Of a stretch of 32,000 nt of DNA, positions 8,356-17,250 are shown one piece after another. Where the stretch lies: assembly GCF_000253055.1 (NCBI RefSeq), contig NC_016070.1:210001-242000 (forward strand). Reading direction: 5' to 3'. Origin of the DNA: Thermoproteus tenax Kra 1. GTDB taxonomy: Archaea > Thermoproteota > Thermoprotei > Thermoproteales > Thermoproteaceae. The notes beneath the pieces were generated by a model. The model had not been told where the DNA came from. It saw only the letters and a list, made by a program, of their open reading frames with translations, and ran no database searches. Numbering within the stretch: the stretch's first letter is position 1; each line of letters begins with the position of its first letter. Position numbers and translations under genes: made by a program.

Positions 8356-9261
8356 GTGTTAACGTTGTTCAACAGACGCATCGGCAAGAGGACGTTGAGG
8401 GAGCTTGCCTGGGAGCTCTACAGAGGTGGGGCCTACAGGCCGCCCCGCTCCGAGCTGGAGCTCGCCCAACTGGTCCAAATCCAGAGGAGGATCTCGGGGG
8501 GCGTGCCGGTGCCCAAAATGCCGTATGCCCCCGGCAATAGGAAGGTGGGGAGGATATGGACCTTCGACCTCCCGCCTGTTCTGACATGCCCCTACGCCAC
8601 CTTCTGCGGGAGGCCGGGGTCCGCCGGGCTCTACCGCGGGAGGGGGCTGGTATGCTACGACATAAACATCGCCAGGTACAACCCCCTACACCTCCTGAGG
8701 GAGTACATCAACTTCATCCACGTCGTGAGGGAGGGCTACAGCTGGCTTAGAGACTGGACCCGCTTCGTCGTGGACTATAGGGGTGCGAGGATAATTAGGT
8801 TCCACGTTGGTGGAGACTTATTTTCATACTGGTACTGGGGCTACCTCAAGAGGCTGGCGTCCGACTTCCCCCACGTGACGTTCTACCTCTACACGCGGTC
8901 GTTCCCCATTGTGGCGGCGTCGCCGGAGCGGCCGCACAACCTGGTGGTCCTCATGTCTCTAGACGGGGCCAACTACAAGGCCTATGAGAAATACGGCGCC
9001 TACTTCGACCACATCACGTATCTAGCCGCTGGCGAAGACGCAAGGGGCCAGATCCCCGCGATAGATGCCCTGGCTAAGTGGGCTGCCCAAAACGGCAAGA
9101 GGCTTATCATATTCCTAGAACACAGAAGACTCCCACAGCTGAGACAAGCCCTGGAGAAATACAGCCAGTACATCTGCCCAAACGAGCTAGGCGTAAATAC
9201 GACATGCGAAAGGTGCAGACGCTGCTTCGCGCCCCCAAGGGACAGACATTTTACGGCTTAA
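8356..9261 (+). CDS. Cys-rich protein of unknown function (possible Fe-S/Zn enzyme; weak recollection of the phage 'GP88'-type family)
   Basis: GTG start, 29 nt from the divergent McrB-like start. Motifs are 'TCPYATFCGRPGSAGLYRGRGLVCY', 'IRFHVGGDLFS' and a C-terminal 'ICPNELGVNTTCERCRRCF'. The family assignment comes from memory only. Confidence 0.5.
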   Translation: MLTLFNRRIGKRTLRELAWELYRGGAYRPPRSELELAQLVQIQRRISGGVPVPKMPYAPGNRKVGRIWTFDLPPVLTCPYATFCGRPGSAGLYRGRGLVCYDINIARYNPLHLLREYINFIHVVREGYSWLRDWTRFVVDYRGARIIRFHVGGDLFSYWYWGYLKRLASDFPHVTFYLYTRSFPIVAASPERPHNLVVLMSLDGANYKAYEKYGAYFDHITYLAAGEDARGQIPAIDALAKWAAQNGKRLIIFLEHRRLPQLRQALEKYSQYICPNELGVNTTCERCRRCFAPPRDRHFTA

Positions 9262-9441
9262 TACGGCAAAAGTCGGTTCCACATGCTAGCTCCGATTTGA
9301 CATTCCGCGTTGGGCAACGCCATCAGCGCCGCCTTTCATCGTAGAGCGTACAAGACGCCGACCAAGCTCTATGTACGATAAGCGGTTGGATTAGTTCTGA
9401 GCTAGATCTTTTGGATATTTCTAAGTCTAATAGGCGATGAC

Positions 9442-10191
9442 TCAGCTCTTTCCGTGGAACTCTCGGCTGTCCCCTACAGCTCCTCCGAATTGCACGGCGC
9501 CTAGCCCAACCCCGCGGCTCTTGCCCAAGCCCAGAAAGTTGGCAAGTGAAACGTAGTACGAGAGCTTGTCCATGTATCTGTCGTCCTGTACCACATACTT
9601 CGCGGTGCCGTAGAAGCCGTAGAGAGACCTCCTTCCGTCGTACTTTACCTTCACGACGCAACTGGGCCTGTGGCACCGTAGGTCGGCAAGGTCGACATAT
9701 TCATACACCCAGCGGAGGAAGTTCCGATCGAGCTTCTCGACAAGCCCGAGCTTATACGCCGTTATGACGAGCCACTTGAAGACGCGGAGCGGCTCGGGGA
9801 GGAACGCCAGCTTGGCCCTCCTCCTCTCCTTGGTCTTAACGGCGAACTGCACAGGCGTTATGGTCTCGAGAACGAGGCGGTTTGCCCCGACGTCTTTCGG
9901 CTCAAACCAGCGCACGGCGACGTCTTCGACGGCCACGCGGGCTCTGCCCAACGCCACGACGTCCGGCCTCTCGGCCGGCGGCTCCCGCGTCACGTAGACC
10001 ACCTCCACCTGCGTCCCCGGCGGATAGGCGACGGGCCGCCCCCACACAGGCCTCCCCTGGACAATGGGCGGCCAGACGGACAGCGCCTTGATTCCGCGCG
10101 AGGTCAGCAGGCCGTGCACAAGGCGGGGCGTCCAGCCGGCGAGCGCCAGGGGATCCAGCGCGTAGCCCCTGAGCGCCACCCTGAATATCAT
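9442..10191 (-). CDS. cas6: Cas6 CRISPR repeat endoribonuclease
   Basis: The internal ATG at 10191 forms an ATGA overlap with the stop of cas3''. The product begins 'MIFRVALRGYAL...' and has the C-terminal glycine-rich loop 'LGLGKSRGVGLGAV' typical of Cas6. Confidence 0.78.
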   Translation of the reverse strand: MIFRVALRGYALDPLALAGWTPRLVHGLLTSRGIKALSVWPPIVQGRPVWGRPVAYPPGTQVEVVYVTREPPAERPDVVALGRARVAVEDVAVRWFEPKDVGANRLVLETITPVQFAVKTKERRRAKLAFLPEPLRVFKWLVITAYKLGLVEKLDRNFLRWVYEYVDLADLRCHRPSCVVKVKYDGRRSLYGFYGTAKYVVQDDRYMDKLSYYVSLANFLGLGKSRGVGLGAVQFGGAVGDSREFHGKS

Positions 10192-10766
10192 CTCCTGTTC
10201 CTCGACGCCACCTCGTAGTCGCAGTCGCTGAGAAGGCCGAGTAGCGCCATCCCGGCGTATCTGGCCGGGCCTTCTAGGGCTTCTAGGAAGTCGCGACTCA
10301 CCGCCGAGTCGTAGATGTCGTCTTCGGCGTCGCGGAACAGAAGGTTGAGCGCCTCGTTGAAGAGCTCGGTCTCCGGTCTCCAGCTGATTGTAATTTTGCA
10401 CCTCGGCTGAAATGTTACCTTGCCCAAGGGCTGGAGCTCCTTGAAGGAGTAGTGGTGCCTAGCGACGGCATACACGGCAAGCCTTCTGATCCTCCAATCG
10501 GCGCTGTCGAGCGCTTTTTGTACAGCCACGGCGGATTTGGCCTCGTGGTGCGGGAAGTACCTATCTGCGTCCTTATACTTCCTGTCCGCCTTCCCAACGT
10601 CGTGTGCATAGCCCACGAACACGATTAAGTCTCTAGCCAGCGCCTCCTCTACGCCGAGGACCCGCGCCAGCTTGGGCGCCAGCCACCTCCCCCTCGCCGC
10701 CATACACGACGCGACCTCCTCCAGATGCAGTTCGAGGGGCTCTCCAGGGCCTGCGAGACACGTCAT
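10188..10766 (-). CDS. cas3'': Cas3'' HD nuclease
   Basis: The ATG at 10766 forms an ATGA overlap with the cas3' stop. HD motifs 'GYAHDVGKADRKY', 'FPHHEAKS' and 'VARHHYS'. Confidence 0.82.
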   Translation of the reverse strand: MTCLAGPGEPLELHLEEVASCMAARGRWLAPKLARVLGVEEALARDLIVFVGYAHDVGKADRKYKDADRYFPHHEAKSAVAVQKALDSADWRIRRLAVYAVARHHYSFKELQPLGKVTFQPRCKITISWRPETELFNEALNLLFRDAEDDIYDSAVSRDFLEALEGPARYAGMALLGLLSDCDYEVASRNRR

Positions 10767-12238
10767 ACCCCCTCTCCGCACTTCTTGAGCACAGCCCCAA
10801 GCCCCTCTCTGTATTTCACAACGCGTATCCTCGGCACATCACCGTGCTCAGCGACGGCGTCAAGGAGCCACCTCATCAGTTCCCCGCCTTCGTAGCTACG
10901 GGGCGGCTCAATCCGCCTTTCTCCGACATACGCCTCAAACTCCAGCTGTTCCAGCCTGTCCAACGGGACTGTGAAGGATTCCTCGGGCCCCTCCCCCACC
11001 TCCGCCTCCAGCAGGGCGTGGCGGACGAAGGAGCCGCCCTCCTTCAACAACTTTTTCCTCAAACGGCCTGTGTCCACCCTCTCCTCCTTCATGACCGTCT
11101 CCAGAAACCAGAAGTGCCTCTCGTCCACCTCGGTCTCCCCTCGGAGGAGGTGCATGTAGCTGTCCGGCTTGTGCGGGAGACGCCAGTTCTTGACCTTGAG
11201 GAGCTTCTCATCGACCTCGCCGATGAAGTATATCTCGCCTACGCAGCTCTCCCTGTTTCTGCAGACGCGCCCTACCCGTTGCACGACCCGCTCCACCTCG
11301 TCGGCTTCGGTTATCAACACGTCGAAGTCTACGTCGACGCCGGCCCCAATCGCGTCTGTGCCCACCACGATCTGCGCCTTATCGAGCTCGCGCTCAGCCC
11401 TCTCGCGGTCTCTCCGCGTCATGAGGGAGTGCACCGCCGGCGCCCCCAGCGTCTCGGAGAGGCGCTGGACTCTACAGACGTCGTTAACTATCACGAGCAC
11501 CCTCTTCCCTTCCTCCGCTTTGCGCCTCGCCACCTCCTCTATATTGTCGACCCTCCCCACCTTGTAAGTTACGTTCGACATCCGCCGCTCGAACTCCGGA
11601 TCGGCGACTTTGACGTCGTCGCCCCTCTCCTCGTCTCTATCCCCAAGCGACACAAACCTAAAGCCCTTGAATACATCCCTCTTCCACTCGCCAAGCGTTG
11701 CCGACATGACGACGGTGGGCACGCCGAGCTCCTTGAGGAACCGCACGGCCGCCTTTACTGCGGCGAGCTCCTTCCTGGAGCCAGCTGCCATATGCGCCTC
11801 GTCTAGGAAGACGCACGAGGGGTAGATGTAGGCGAGAGGTATGTGGTACCTCACCGACGGTCTCTCGGACTTGTAGAACTTCCACATCTCCGCCACGGGG
11901 ACCTTCGCCAGATTGTGGACGAAGGAGTCCAGCGTCGTGAGGACGTACTCCTCGCGGAAGTACGGATCCTTCTCGTATCTGTCCCTGAGGAGGACGTCGC
12001 CGTCTTGATACGCGAACTTTATATCGGGGTGAGCAGAGGCGTACCTCTCGATCTGCTTCCTAATTAGAGCTCTCAGGGGCATGACGTGGATCGCCTTGCT
12101 GCAGAGGCCCTCCTCCCTCAGAGCCTTGTAGAACAGCGGCGCGGCGTAGGTCTTCCCGTATCCCGTCGGAAGCTCCAGGACGATCCTCGAGACGCCCGCG
12201 CGCGCCAGCTCGAGCCCCCTCTCCACCGCCCTACGCAT
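10763..12238 (-). CDS. cas3': Cas3' DEAD/DEAH-box helicase
   Basis: The ATG at 12238 (MRRAVERGL...) overlaps the upstream gene's end by 8 nt. Walker A 'LELPTGYGKTY', 'VFLDEAHM' (DEAH) and 'VVMSATL'. The 105-codon extension in the track ORF is R/G/S-rich and overlaps the upstream gene. Confidence 0.88.
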   Translation of the reverse strand: MRRAVERGLELARAGVSRIVLELPTGYGKTYAAPLFYKALREEGLCSKAIHVMPLRALIRKQIERYASAHPDIKFAYQDGDVLLRDRYEKDPYFREEYVLTTLDSFVHNLAKVPVAEMWKFYKSERPSVRYHIPLAYIYPSCVFLDEAHMAAGSRKELAAVKAAVRFLKELGVPTVVMSATLGEWKRDVFKGFRFVSLGDRDEERGDDVKVADPEFERRMSNVTYKVGRVDNIEEVARRKAEEGKRVLVIVNDVCRVQRLSETLGAPAVHSLMTRRDRERAERELDKAQIVVGTDAIGAGVDVDFDVLITEADEVERVVQRVGRVCRNRESCVGEIYFIGEVDEKLLKVKNWRLPHKPDSYMHLLRGETEVDERHFWFLETVMKEERVDTGRLRKKLLKEGGSFVRHALLEAEVGEGPEESFTVPLDRLEQLEFEAYVGERRIEPPRSYEGGELMRWLLDAVAEHGDVPRIRVVKYREGLGAVLKKCGEGV

Positions 12239-13160
12239 GGCCGAAGAGCGCGCCGAGCGCCCTCCTCTCGCCCTCGGACAGCCCCTTGCTGGCCAACATG
12301 CTCCTCGCCACCTGGTAGAGCCGCCCCCAGTCCTCGGCGACTCTCCACCTCCCGTCGCCTTCTCCATACATCTCGGAGAGAGATGTGGCGCTCCAGATGG
12401 CCGATGCGGCAGGCTCGACGTAGTCCGACCCCGACTCCACGAGCTCGACGAAAAACCATGCGACGCGGCGCATCCTAGAGAGCGCCTCCACAGGCAGTGC
12501 GGTGGCCGTGTAGTAGCTCTCTCCGCCGACGAAAAGCCTCCCCGAAACCCCACCGAGCCTCAGCACGACGAGAGAAGCCGCGTACAGGAGGAGGGCAAGC
12601 CCGCCCAAGTTAGGCGCACGCCGCCACACCCTGTCGTTGACGTCCCACAGATCCCCAGCCGCAGTCCGGTCCTCCACGTCTACAAAGACGTGGTACCACC
12701 TGTCTCCTATCCTCACCCTAGTGAGCCTGTCGAAGGCATCGGCGACTTTTAAAACCGCCCTAGCGATGCCGAAAACCTTCCTCGCCTCTTTGTAGAAGAA
12801 CCGCCCGTCGAGATGCACGAACTCCTTGCTCTCCAAAAGCCCAGAGCTCTGCGAAAAGCTCTCCACAGTCTCAAAGTCCTCCCTCTCCAAGAGCAAGCTC
12901 TGGATGTCGGCCCCACCCTTCCGTTGCTTGCTACGTTGCTGAGCCTTCCTCCTTTCAAGCACAGACTCGATGAAGCTGTTGTACTCCTCGATATAGTAGT
13001 CGATGTCGTCCCACTTCCAGATTTCGGCCCCGGTGGCCATGTAGGAGAGGAGACCGGCCTTGTACACCGCGGAGAGGTGGATGAACTGAGACGCGCTCCG
13101 TAGATCAATTGTTACTAATGTATCGACTCCAGAAGATCTGCCTTTCTTAGCTCCTGGCAT
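12231..13160 (-). CDS. Putative type I-A large subunit (Cas8a-like; Csa4/Csx9-type), assigned mainly by position
   Basis: 309-aa ORF lying between cas5a and cas3' and overlapping both neighbours. I recognise no motif with certainty. Confidence 0.5.
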   Translation of the reverse strand: MPGAKKGRSSGVDTLVTIDLRSASQFIHLSAVYKAGLLSYMATGAEIWKWDDIDYYIEEYNSFIESVLERRKAQQRSKQRKGGADIQSLLLEREDFETVESFSQSSGLLESKEFVHLDGRFFYKEARKVFGIARAVLKVADAFDRLTRVRIGDRWYHVFVDVEDRTAAGDLWDVNDRVWRRAPNLGGLALLLYAASLVVLRLGGVSGRLFVGGESYYTATALPVEALSRMRRVAWFFVELVESGSDYVEPAASAIWSATSLSEMYGEGDGRWRVAEDWGRLYQVARSMLASKGLSEGERRALGALFGHA

Positions 13161-13929
13161 ACTCCTTCGGCAACAGGGCGTAGAGCTCTTTTTCCACTTC
13201 CGGCACGATTTTCACCGCCGTGTATCCCTTCGCTGGCCTTACTCTGATGTAGCCCATCGGCGGAGGGACGTAAAAGGGTTGCCTCTCCGCGTTCAGCCCA
13301 AGGCGCGGATCAAAGAAGTATTCCTCTCTGCATTGAGCCGTCACCTGGCCGTAGTACGGCACCGCGGTACACTCAGAAGCCCAATCAGCCGGGATGTAGA
13401 AGCGCGTCTCTACCTCCCTAGCCCCGAGGTCCTCTGCCGTGAACTTGAGGGGAGTCGCAGCGACCAGCCCCTCCTTCTGCCCGACCCGGTAGACATACGG
13501 GGCCAGCTTCTCTGCCTCGCCGCCTGAGACCAGGAGGTAGGCGGAGTCCCAGAAGTATACCTCGCGCCGCGACCCAACTCCCAAAAAGTTCTGTATCAAG
13601 TCCCGCGCGGTCATCCCGCTCTCGACCACCTTGTCCTCTCTGCCCTTAAGCACCATCTCTATGGCCTTGGGGAGCTTCTTCAGCCTGCCCGGCTTCTGGG
13701 TCATAAAGGTGTAGTGTCTGTAGAGCCCGACCCCCTCGGTATACGGCGGCGCCCAGAATAGGACGAAGTCGGCCCGGGGCGCGTAGAACCGCTCCTCCGG
13801 TCTCACAGCGACCGCGCCCAAGGCGCCCAGTAGCGTGGTAGGCGGCGGGAGGAGCGGCCCCGCCCCGTGCTCAAGGAAGGCCGGCTTGGAGACGAAGGGG
13901 GAGAAAAAATCCAGCTTTACCAACATCAT
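13147..13929 (-). CDS. cas5: Cas5a
   Basis: 'MMLVKLDFFSPFVSKPAFLEHGAGPLLPPPTTLLGALGAVAV' is a typical Cas5 N-terminus. ATGA overlap with the cas7 stop. Confidence 0.78.
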   Translation of the reverse strand: MMLVKLDFFSPFVSKPAFLEHGAGPLLPPPTTLLGALGAVAVRPEERFYAPRADFVLFWAPPYTEGVGLYRHYTFMTQKPGRLKKLPKAIEMVLKGREDKVVESGMTARDLIQNFLGVGSRREVYFWDSAYLLVSGGEAEKLAPYVYRVGQKEGLVAATPLKFTAEDLGAREVETRFYIPADWASECTAVPYYGQVTAQCREEYFFDPRLGLNAERQPFYVPPPMGYIRVRPAKGYTAVKIVPEVEKELYALLPKEYARS

Positions 13930-14861
13930 TCTTCGAAGTACTCAAGCACCCGCTCCTTTGCCCAGTCTATGAGCTCCTCCAACGTAGACAGGCCCGAGTC
14001 ACATGACGTTATCCCCTCGCGGTCGAAGCACGACAGCTCTAACATATCATACAGCGACTTCATCTTCTCCACGCGGGCTTTATTCAAGGCCCAGTAGTCG
14101 CCGTAGCGCGGCGGAGACACCATGAAGGGGTGGGGGTCTGCGACAGCGGCGACGCCGCCAAGAGGCTCGAAAGCAGGCAGATACCGCGCCTTCTTCGCGC
14201 CAAAAAGCATACCGGAGTAGAGAAGCTTCAGAGCGTCAAAGGCTAACTCGGCCCTTTCAAGCCAATCGTCCACGTCATCTCCGTCCTCCAACCTACCGAT
14301 TTTCATCACGTCTATCGCGACAGCTTGAATGTATATGGCCGTGCCGCTCTCGATAGTGAACGGTCTCTGTGCGTCGGGGTTCTGGAGGTTGTAGCGGACG
14401 TGGAACTGCGGCGTGATGACGCCCCTCGCGCTGGAGGTGTCCGGAAGCATGTAGCTGAACATCACCGCGCTCGTCCTCTTGACGGCGGATCCCTTCTCGC
14501 CGCCGCCGGCCTCCTTCGTCGCCATGAAGCCCGTGATGTCCTCCACGACGCAAGTCTTCACTCTGTCGTCGTGCCCAATGTCAGCTCTATCCGCACGCTT
14601 GAAGAAGCCGCCGATCTTCTCATAGCTCGCGCACTCATCACAGACCGGCAATTTCCTCTCCGCTGCGAGCTTGACAAGCGCAGCCATGTAGCCATAGGAA
14701 ATGGACTGTCCCGAGACGCCGGGAGCCGCCGTGATGCGATAGCCGTCGTCCTCGCGGATGAGGACAGGGACAGTCCTGTGCCTGGCGTAGTTCCCCACAG
14801 TCTCGACCATGTTGAGGGCCTCGACCTCCACTCGGAACCGGAAGGCGAACGACACAAACAT
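13926..14861 (-). CDS. cas7: Cas7 (Csa2/DevR family) backbone subunit
   Basis: 'VEALNMVETVGNYARHR', 'GVSGQSISYGYM', 'CVVEDITGFM' and 'KRTSAVMFSYMLP' fit the Csa2 family pattern. Confidence 0.88.
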   Translation of the reverse strand: MFVSFAFRFRVEVEALNMVETVGNYARHRTVPVLIREDDGYRITAAPGVSGQSISYGYMAALVKLAAERKLPVCDECASYEKIGGFFKRADRADIGHDDRVKTCVVEDITGFMATKEAGGGEKGSAVKRTSAVMFSYMLPDTSSARGVITPQFHVRYNLQNPDAQRPFTIESGTAIYIQAVAIDVMKIGRLEDGDDVDDWLERAELAFDALKLLYSGMLFGAKKARYLPAFEPLGGVAAVADPHPFMVSPPRYGDYWALNKARVEKMKSLYDMLELSCFDREGITSCDSGLSTLEELIDWAKERVLEYFEE

Positions 14862-14863
14862 AG

Positions 14864-15214
14864 CTACCTCGCCGCAGACGCCCGTCCCTTCACCGCCTGC
14901 CGCTCACCACCCACCGCCTTCGCAAGCGCCTTAAACGCCACCTCCTTCGCCACAGCCGGTCTCCTCTTAACCAACGCGGCGAAGGCGCGGACAGCCTCAT
15001 CCAGCCCCTCCGGACGGGCACAGCCCTCCAGTGTGCCGAAGTACCTCAACGCATCGTAGAGGGCCTCCATAGCTGTCGTGACGTAGAACTCGTCGTTGTC
15101 CTCAACGCGGGCTAGGCGGTCAAGCGGGCCATAGTACTTCTCACGCGCCAGACACGACAAGACGTGAACCAACGGTTCCAAGGATAGTTTCTTTTGTTCA
15201 GTTTTGTTATTCAT
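14864..15214 (-). CDS. csa5: Csa5-like small subunit (Cas11a)
   Basis: 116-aa alpha-helical ORF, first in the operon and 2 nt upstream of cas7, which is the canonical I-A position. The sequence itself is not diagnostic. Confidence 0.55.
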   Translation of the reverse strand: MNNKTEQKKLSLEPLVHVLSCLAREKYYGPLDRLARVEDNDEFYVTTAMEALYDALRYFGTLEGCARPEGLDEAVRAFAALVKRRPAVAKEVAFKALAKAVGGERQAVKGRASAAR

Positions 15215-15223
15215 AAAAAATGT

Positions 15224-15237
15224 AGAACAAATGTTCT
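15224..15237. promoter_or_regulatory. Perfect palindrome AGAACA-AA-TGTTCT between the TATA-like element and the csa5 start codon (candidate operator)
   Basis: Read directly at 15224-15237. An AT-rich TATA-like 'taaatatttt' lies at about 15238-15248, roughly 25-30 nt upstream of the csa5 ATG (15214, minus strand). Confidence 0.4.
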
Positions 15238-15250
15238 TAAATATTTTGAT

Positions 15251-15269
15251 CTTTCCAAATCTATATCCC
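15251..15269 (-). repeat. Degenerate partial CRISPR repeat abutting repeat 1 (trailer-end remnant)
   Basis: 'ctttccaaatctatatccc' aligns to the first ~17 nt of the plus-strand repeat 'ccttcaaatctctatct' with indels and mismatches. No spacer separates it from repeat 1. Confidence 0.45.
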
Positions 15270-16899
15270 CCTTCAAATCTCTATCTGAGATTCAATAGCT
15301 GGATGGGGATTGGCGCATGCGCTTGGCTGGAACCCCCTTCAAATCTCTATCTGAGATTCCTTGCTCATAGTCGAAGCAATACATCTTGGGACGGCGACCT
15401 CCTCCTTCAAATCTCTATCTGAGATTCCTCGACTGCGTCGAACTTCATATCGCGCTCAACGCGCACGTACCTTCAAATCTCTATCTGAGATTCCGCTCGG
15501 TTGGACACGTGGACTCGATAGCTTGGCGCATCTGCCTTCAAATCTCTATCTGAGATTCAGATCCATGTGCCGATCTTCGTGTTGCCCGTCTCGTCGAATA
15601 TCCTTCAAATCTCTATCTGAGATTCATAACAAGATCAACCTTGTCGCCAATGAGCTCGCTAAGCAAGGGCCTTCAAATCTCTATCTGAGATTCGAGAACA
15701 TCGCAATAAAGATAACGGAGGAACAGCTACGCCCTTCAAATCTCTATCTGAGATTCCGCCGTACTTCTTCAGCACCTCCTTCACCCGTTCCTTCAGAAAC
15801 CTTCAAATCTCTATCTGAGATTCGTGCAGATATGTGAACAAGCCGTACGCGAAGCCGGTCAGGATAAGCCTTCAAATCTCTATCTGAGATTCGGTCCGTC
15901 TCGATTCGGGATTGGCTGTGATAGTGACAAAAGACCTTCAAATCTCTATCTGAGATTCCAGAAGAGCTCGAACTTTACGACCTTGCGTCCGATATATTCG
16001 TACCTTCAAATCTCTATCTGAGATTCGGCGATTTCAAATACCGCTATGAGGCGATATCCTACTGGGTCCTTCAAATCTCTATCTGAGATTCGAGTAGAGG
16101 TACCCTCCGTCGACGACCGCCCCCTGCGTGATGCTCAGTTGCCTTCAAATCTCTATCTGAGATTCAGGTGTAGTCGGTATAGCTGATGCCGTTGCACTGC
16201 ACCTGGTACCTTCAAATCTCTATCTGAGATTCACGATCTCGCCATGCTTGAGACGAAGCTTAGGTTGGGCTTTCCCTTCAAATCTCTATCTGAGATTCTG
16301 GAGCGTATTTCGCAATACGAGGATGCCGCACATATATCCAATCCTTCAAATCTCTATCTGAGATTCAGCAATCCGCCGCGGGTCGGCGCATGCCAACACA
16401 GCGTCCAACCTTCAAATCTCTATCTGAGATTCAATTGGAGGGAAACCACGGCCGTGCTGACAGACGCCGGCAACCTTCAAATCTCTATCTGAGATTCCCT
16501 GTATTGCCGGCCGTCCGGCCCCTCCACGACGAAGAAGTTCCTTCAAATCTCTATCTGAGATTCATTGCTGATAGTGTTCCTGCTAGTTGTCATTTGGCCT
16601 ATACTAAGCCTTCAAATCTCTATCTGAGATTCCCAGAGTGCTCGATGAGGCGGGCATAGACAGGTACTCCATCACCGACCTTCAAATCTCTATCTGAGAT
16701 TCGTATAGCCGCTCACAGGGGTGAACGATACAGACTGTGCGCCGCCTTCAAATCTCTATCTGAGATTCTGTTTAGGGAGAAGATTAGGGAGAAAAATTGA
16801 AAGAGAAACCTTCAAATCTCTATCTGAGATTCACTATCTCGATGTGAACAACATATGCATCAATGTCGGCGCCGGCCTTCAAATCTCTATCTGAGATTC
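15270..16899 (-). CRISPR. CRISPR array: 25 apparently identical 24-nt repeats and 24 spacers of 39-50 nt
   Basis: The plus-strand repeat is CCTTCAAATCTCTATCTGAGATTC. The first repeat is at 15270-15293 and the last at 16876-16899. Hand-measured spacer lengths sum to 1030 nt, which matches the array span. The reverse complement, GAATCTCAGATAGAGATTTGAAGG, resembles crenarchaeal type I-A repeats (GAATC...ATTGAAAG), so I infer minus-strand transcription with the leader on the right. Confidence 0.97.
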
Positions 16900-17250
16900 C
16901 GGGTATTGTTGTCTTTGTTTCTACGAGCTTTTAAGCTTTTTTCTCACGAGACTGACGTTGATCTCGGCGGACTCTTGAGGTGGCATGATAGCAGTTTTGT
17001 CTATTTTCCGCGGCCGGCTTCTGTCTCAGATAGTTGAAAGTGTGTCTTTGGGGTTCGGCGCCGCCATCCGCCGCGCCTCCGCACGACGATTTATATGCGG
17101 GATCCCCGCTTGACAAAAACACAACGGCGGAGGAGTAGAACGATTTTACAGAAGGAAAGGGCAAGTTGCACGACGATTTATAAACGCCGTGGTCTATATA
17201 GATCTCCTTTCAGTTATCTAGGTTTCTGGTCTTGAAACTCAGTGTTGAGA
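16900..17250 (-). promoter_or_regulatory. Putative CRISPR leader with a TATA-like element
   Basis: The minus strand reads 'gagaaaaaagcttaaaagctcg' (plus 16928-16943), about 30-45 nt from the leader-proximal repeat. A 15-nt motif, gcacgacgatttata, occurs twice (17081-17095 and 17168-17182). The extent of the leader is a guess. Confidence 0.45.

Noticed and set aside
10844-11806. 320-aa plus-strand ORF antisense to cas3'. Similar long shadow ORFs occur at 370-807(-), 1527-2540(-), 2747-3355(-), 12237-12752(+), 14325-15059(+), 27530-28102(+), 29174-29815(-) and 29480-29935(+)
   Set aside because: Each lies fully inside a gene with clear family motifs on the other strand or frame. Each has R/P/G/H-rich low-complexity translations typical of stop-poor alternative frames in GC-rich DNA.
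16092-16141. Unusually long 50-nt spacer (spacer 13) as a sign of a lost repeat or a fused spacer
   Set aside because: No repeat remnant is visible inside it, and the other spacers already range from 39 to 46 nt. This is probably natural length variation.
15204-17037. Track ORFs running through the CRISPR array (15204-15422, 15361-15837, 15824-16021, 16244-16492, 16390-16659, 16855-17037) with recurring peptides PSNLYLRF and FKSLSEI
   Set aside because: The repeated peptides are simply translations of the 24-nt CRISPR repeat in different frames. They are not protein-coding.
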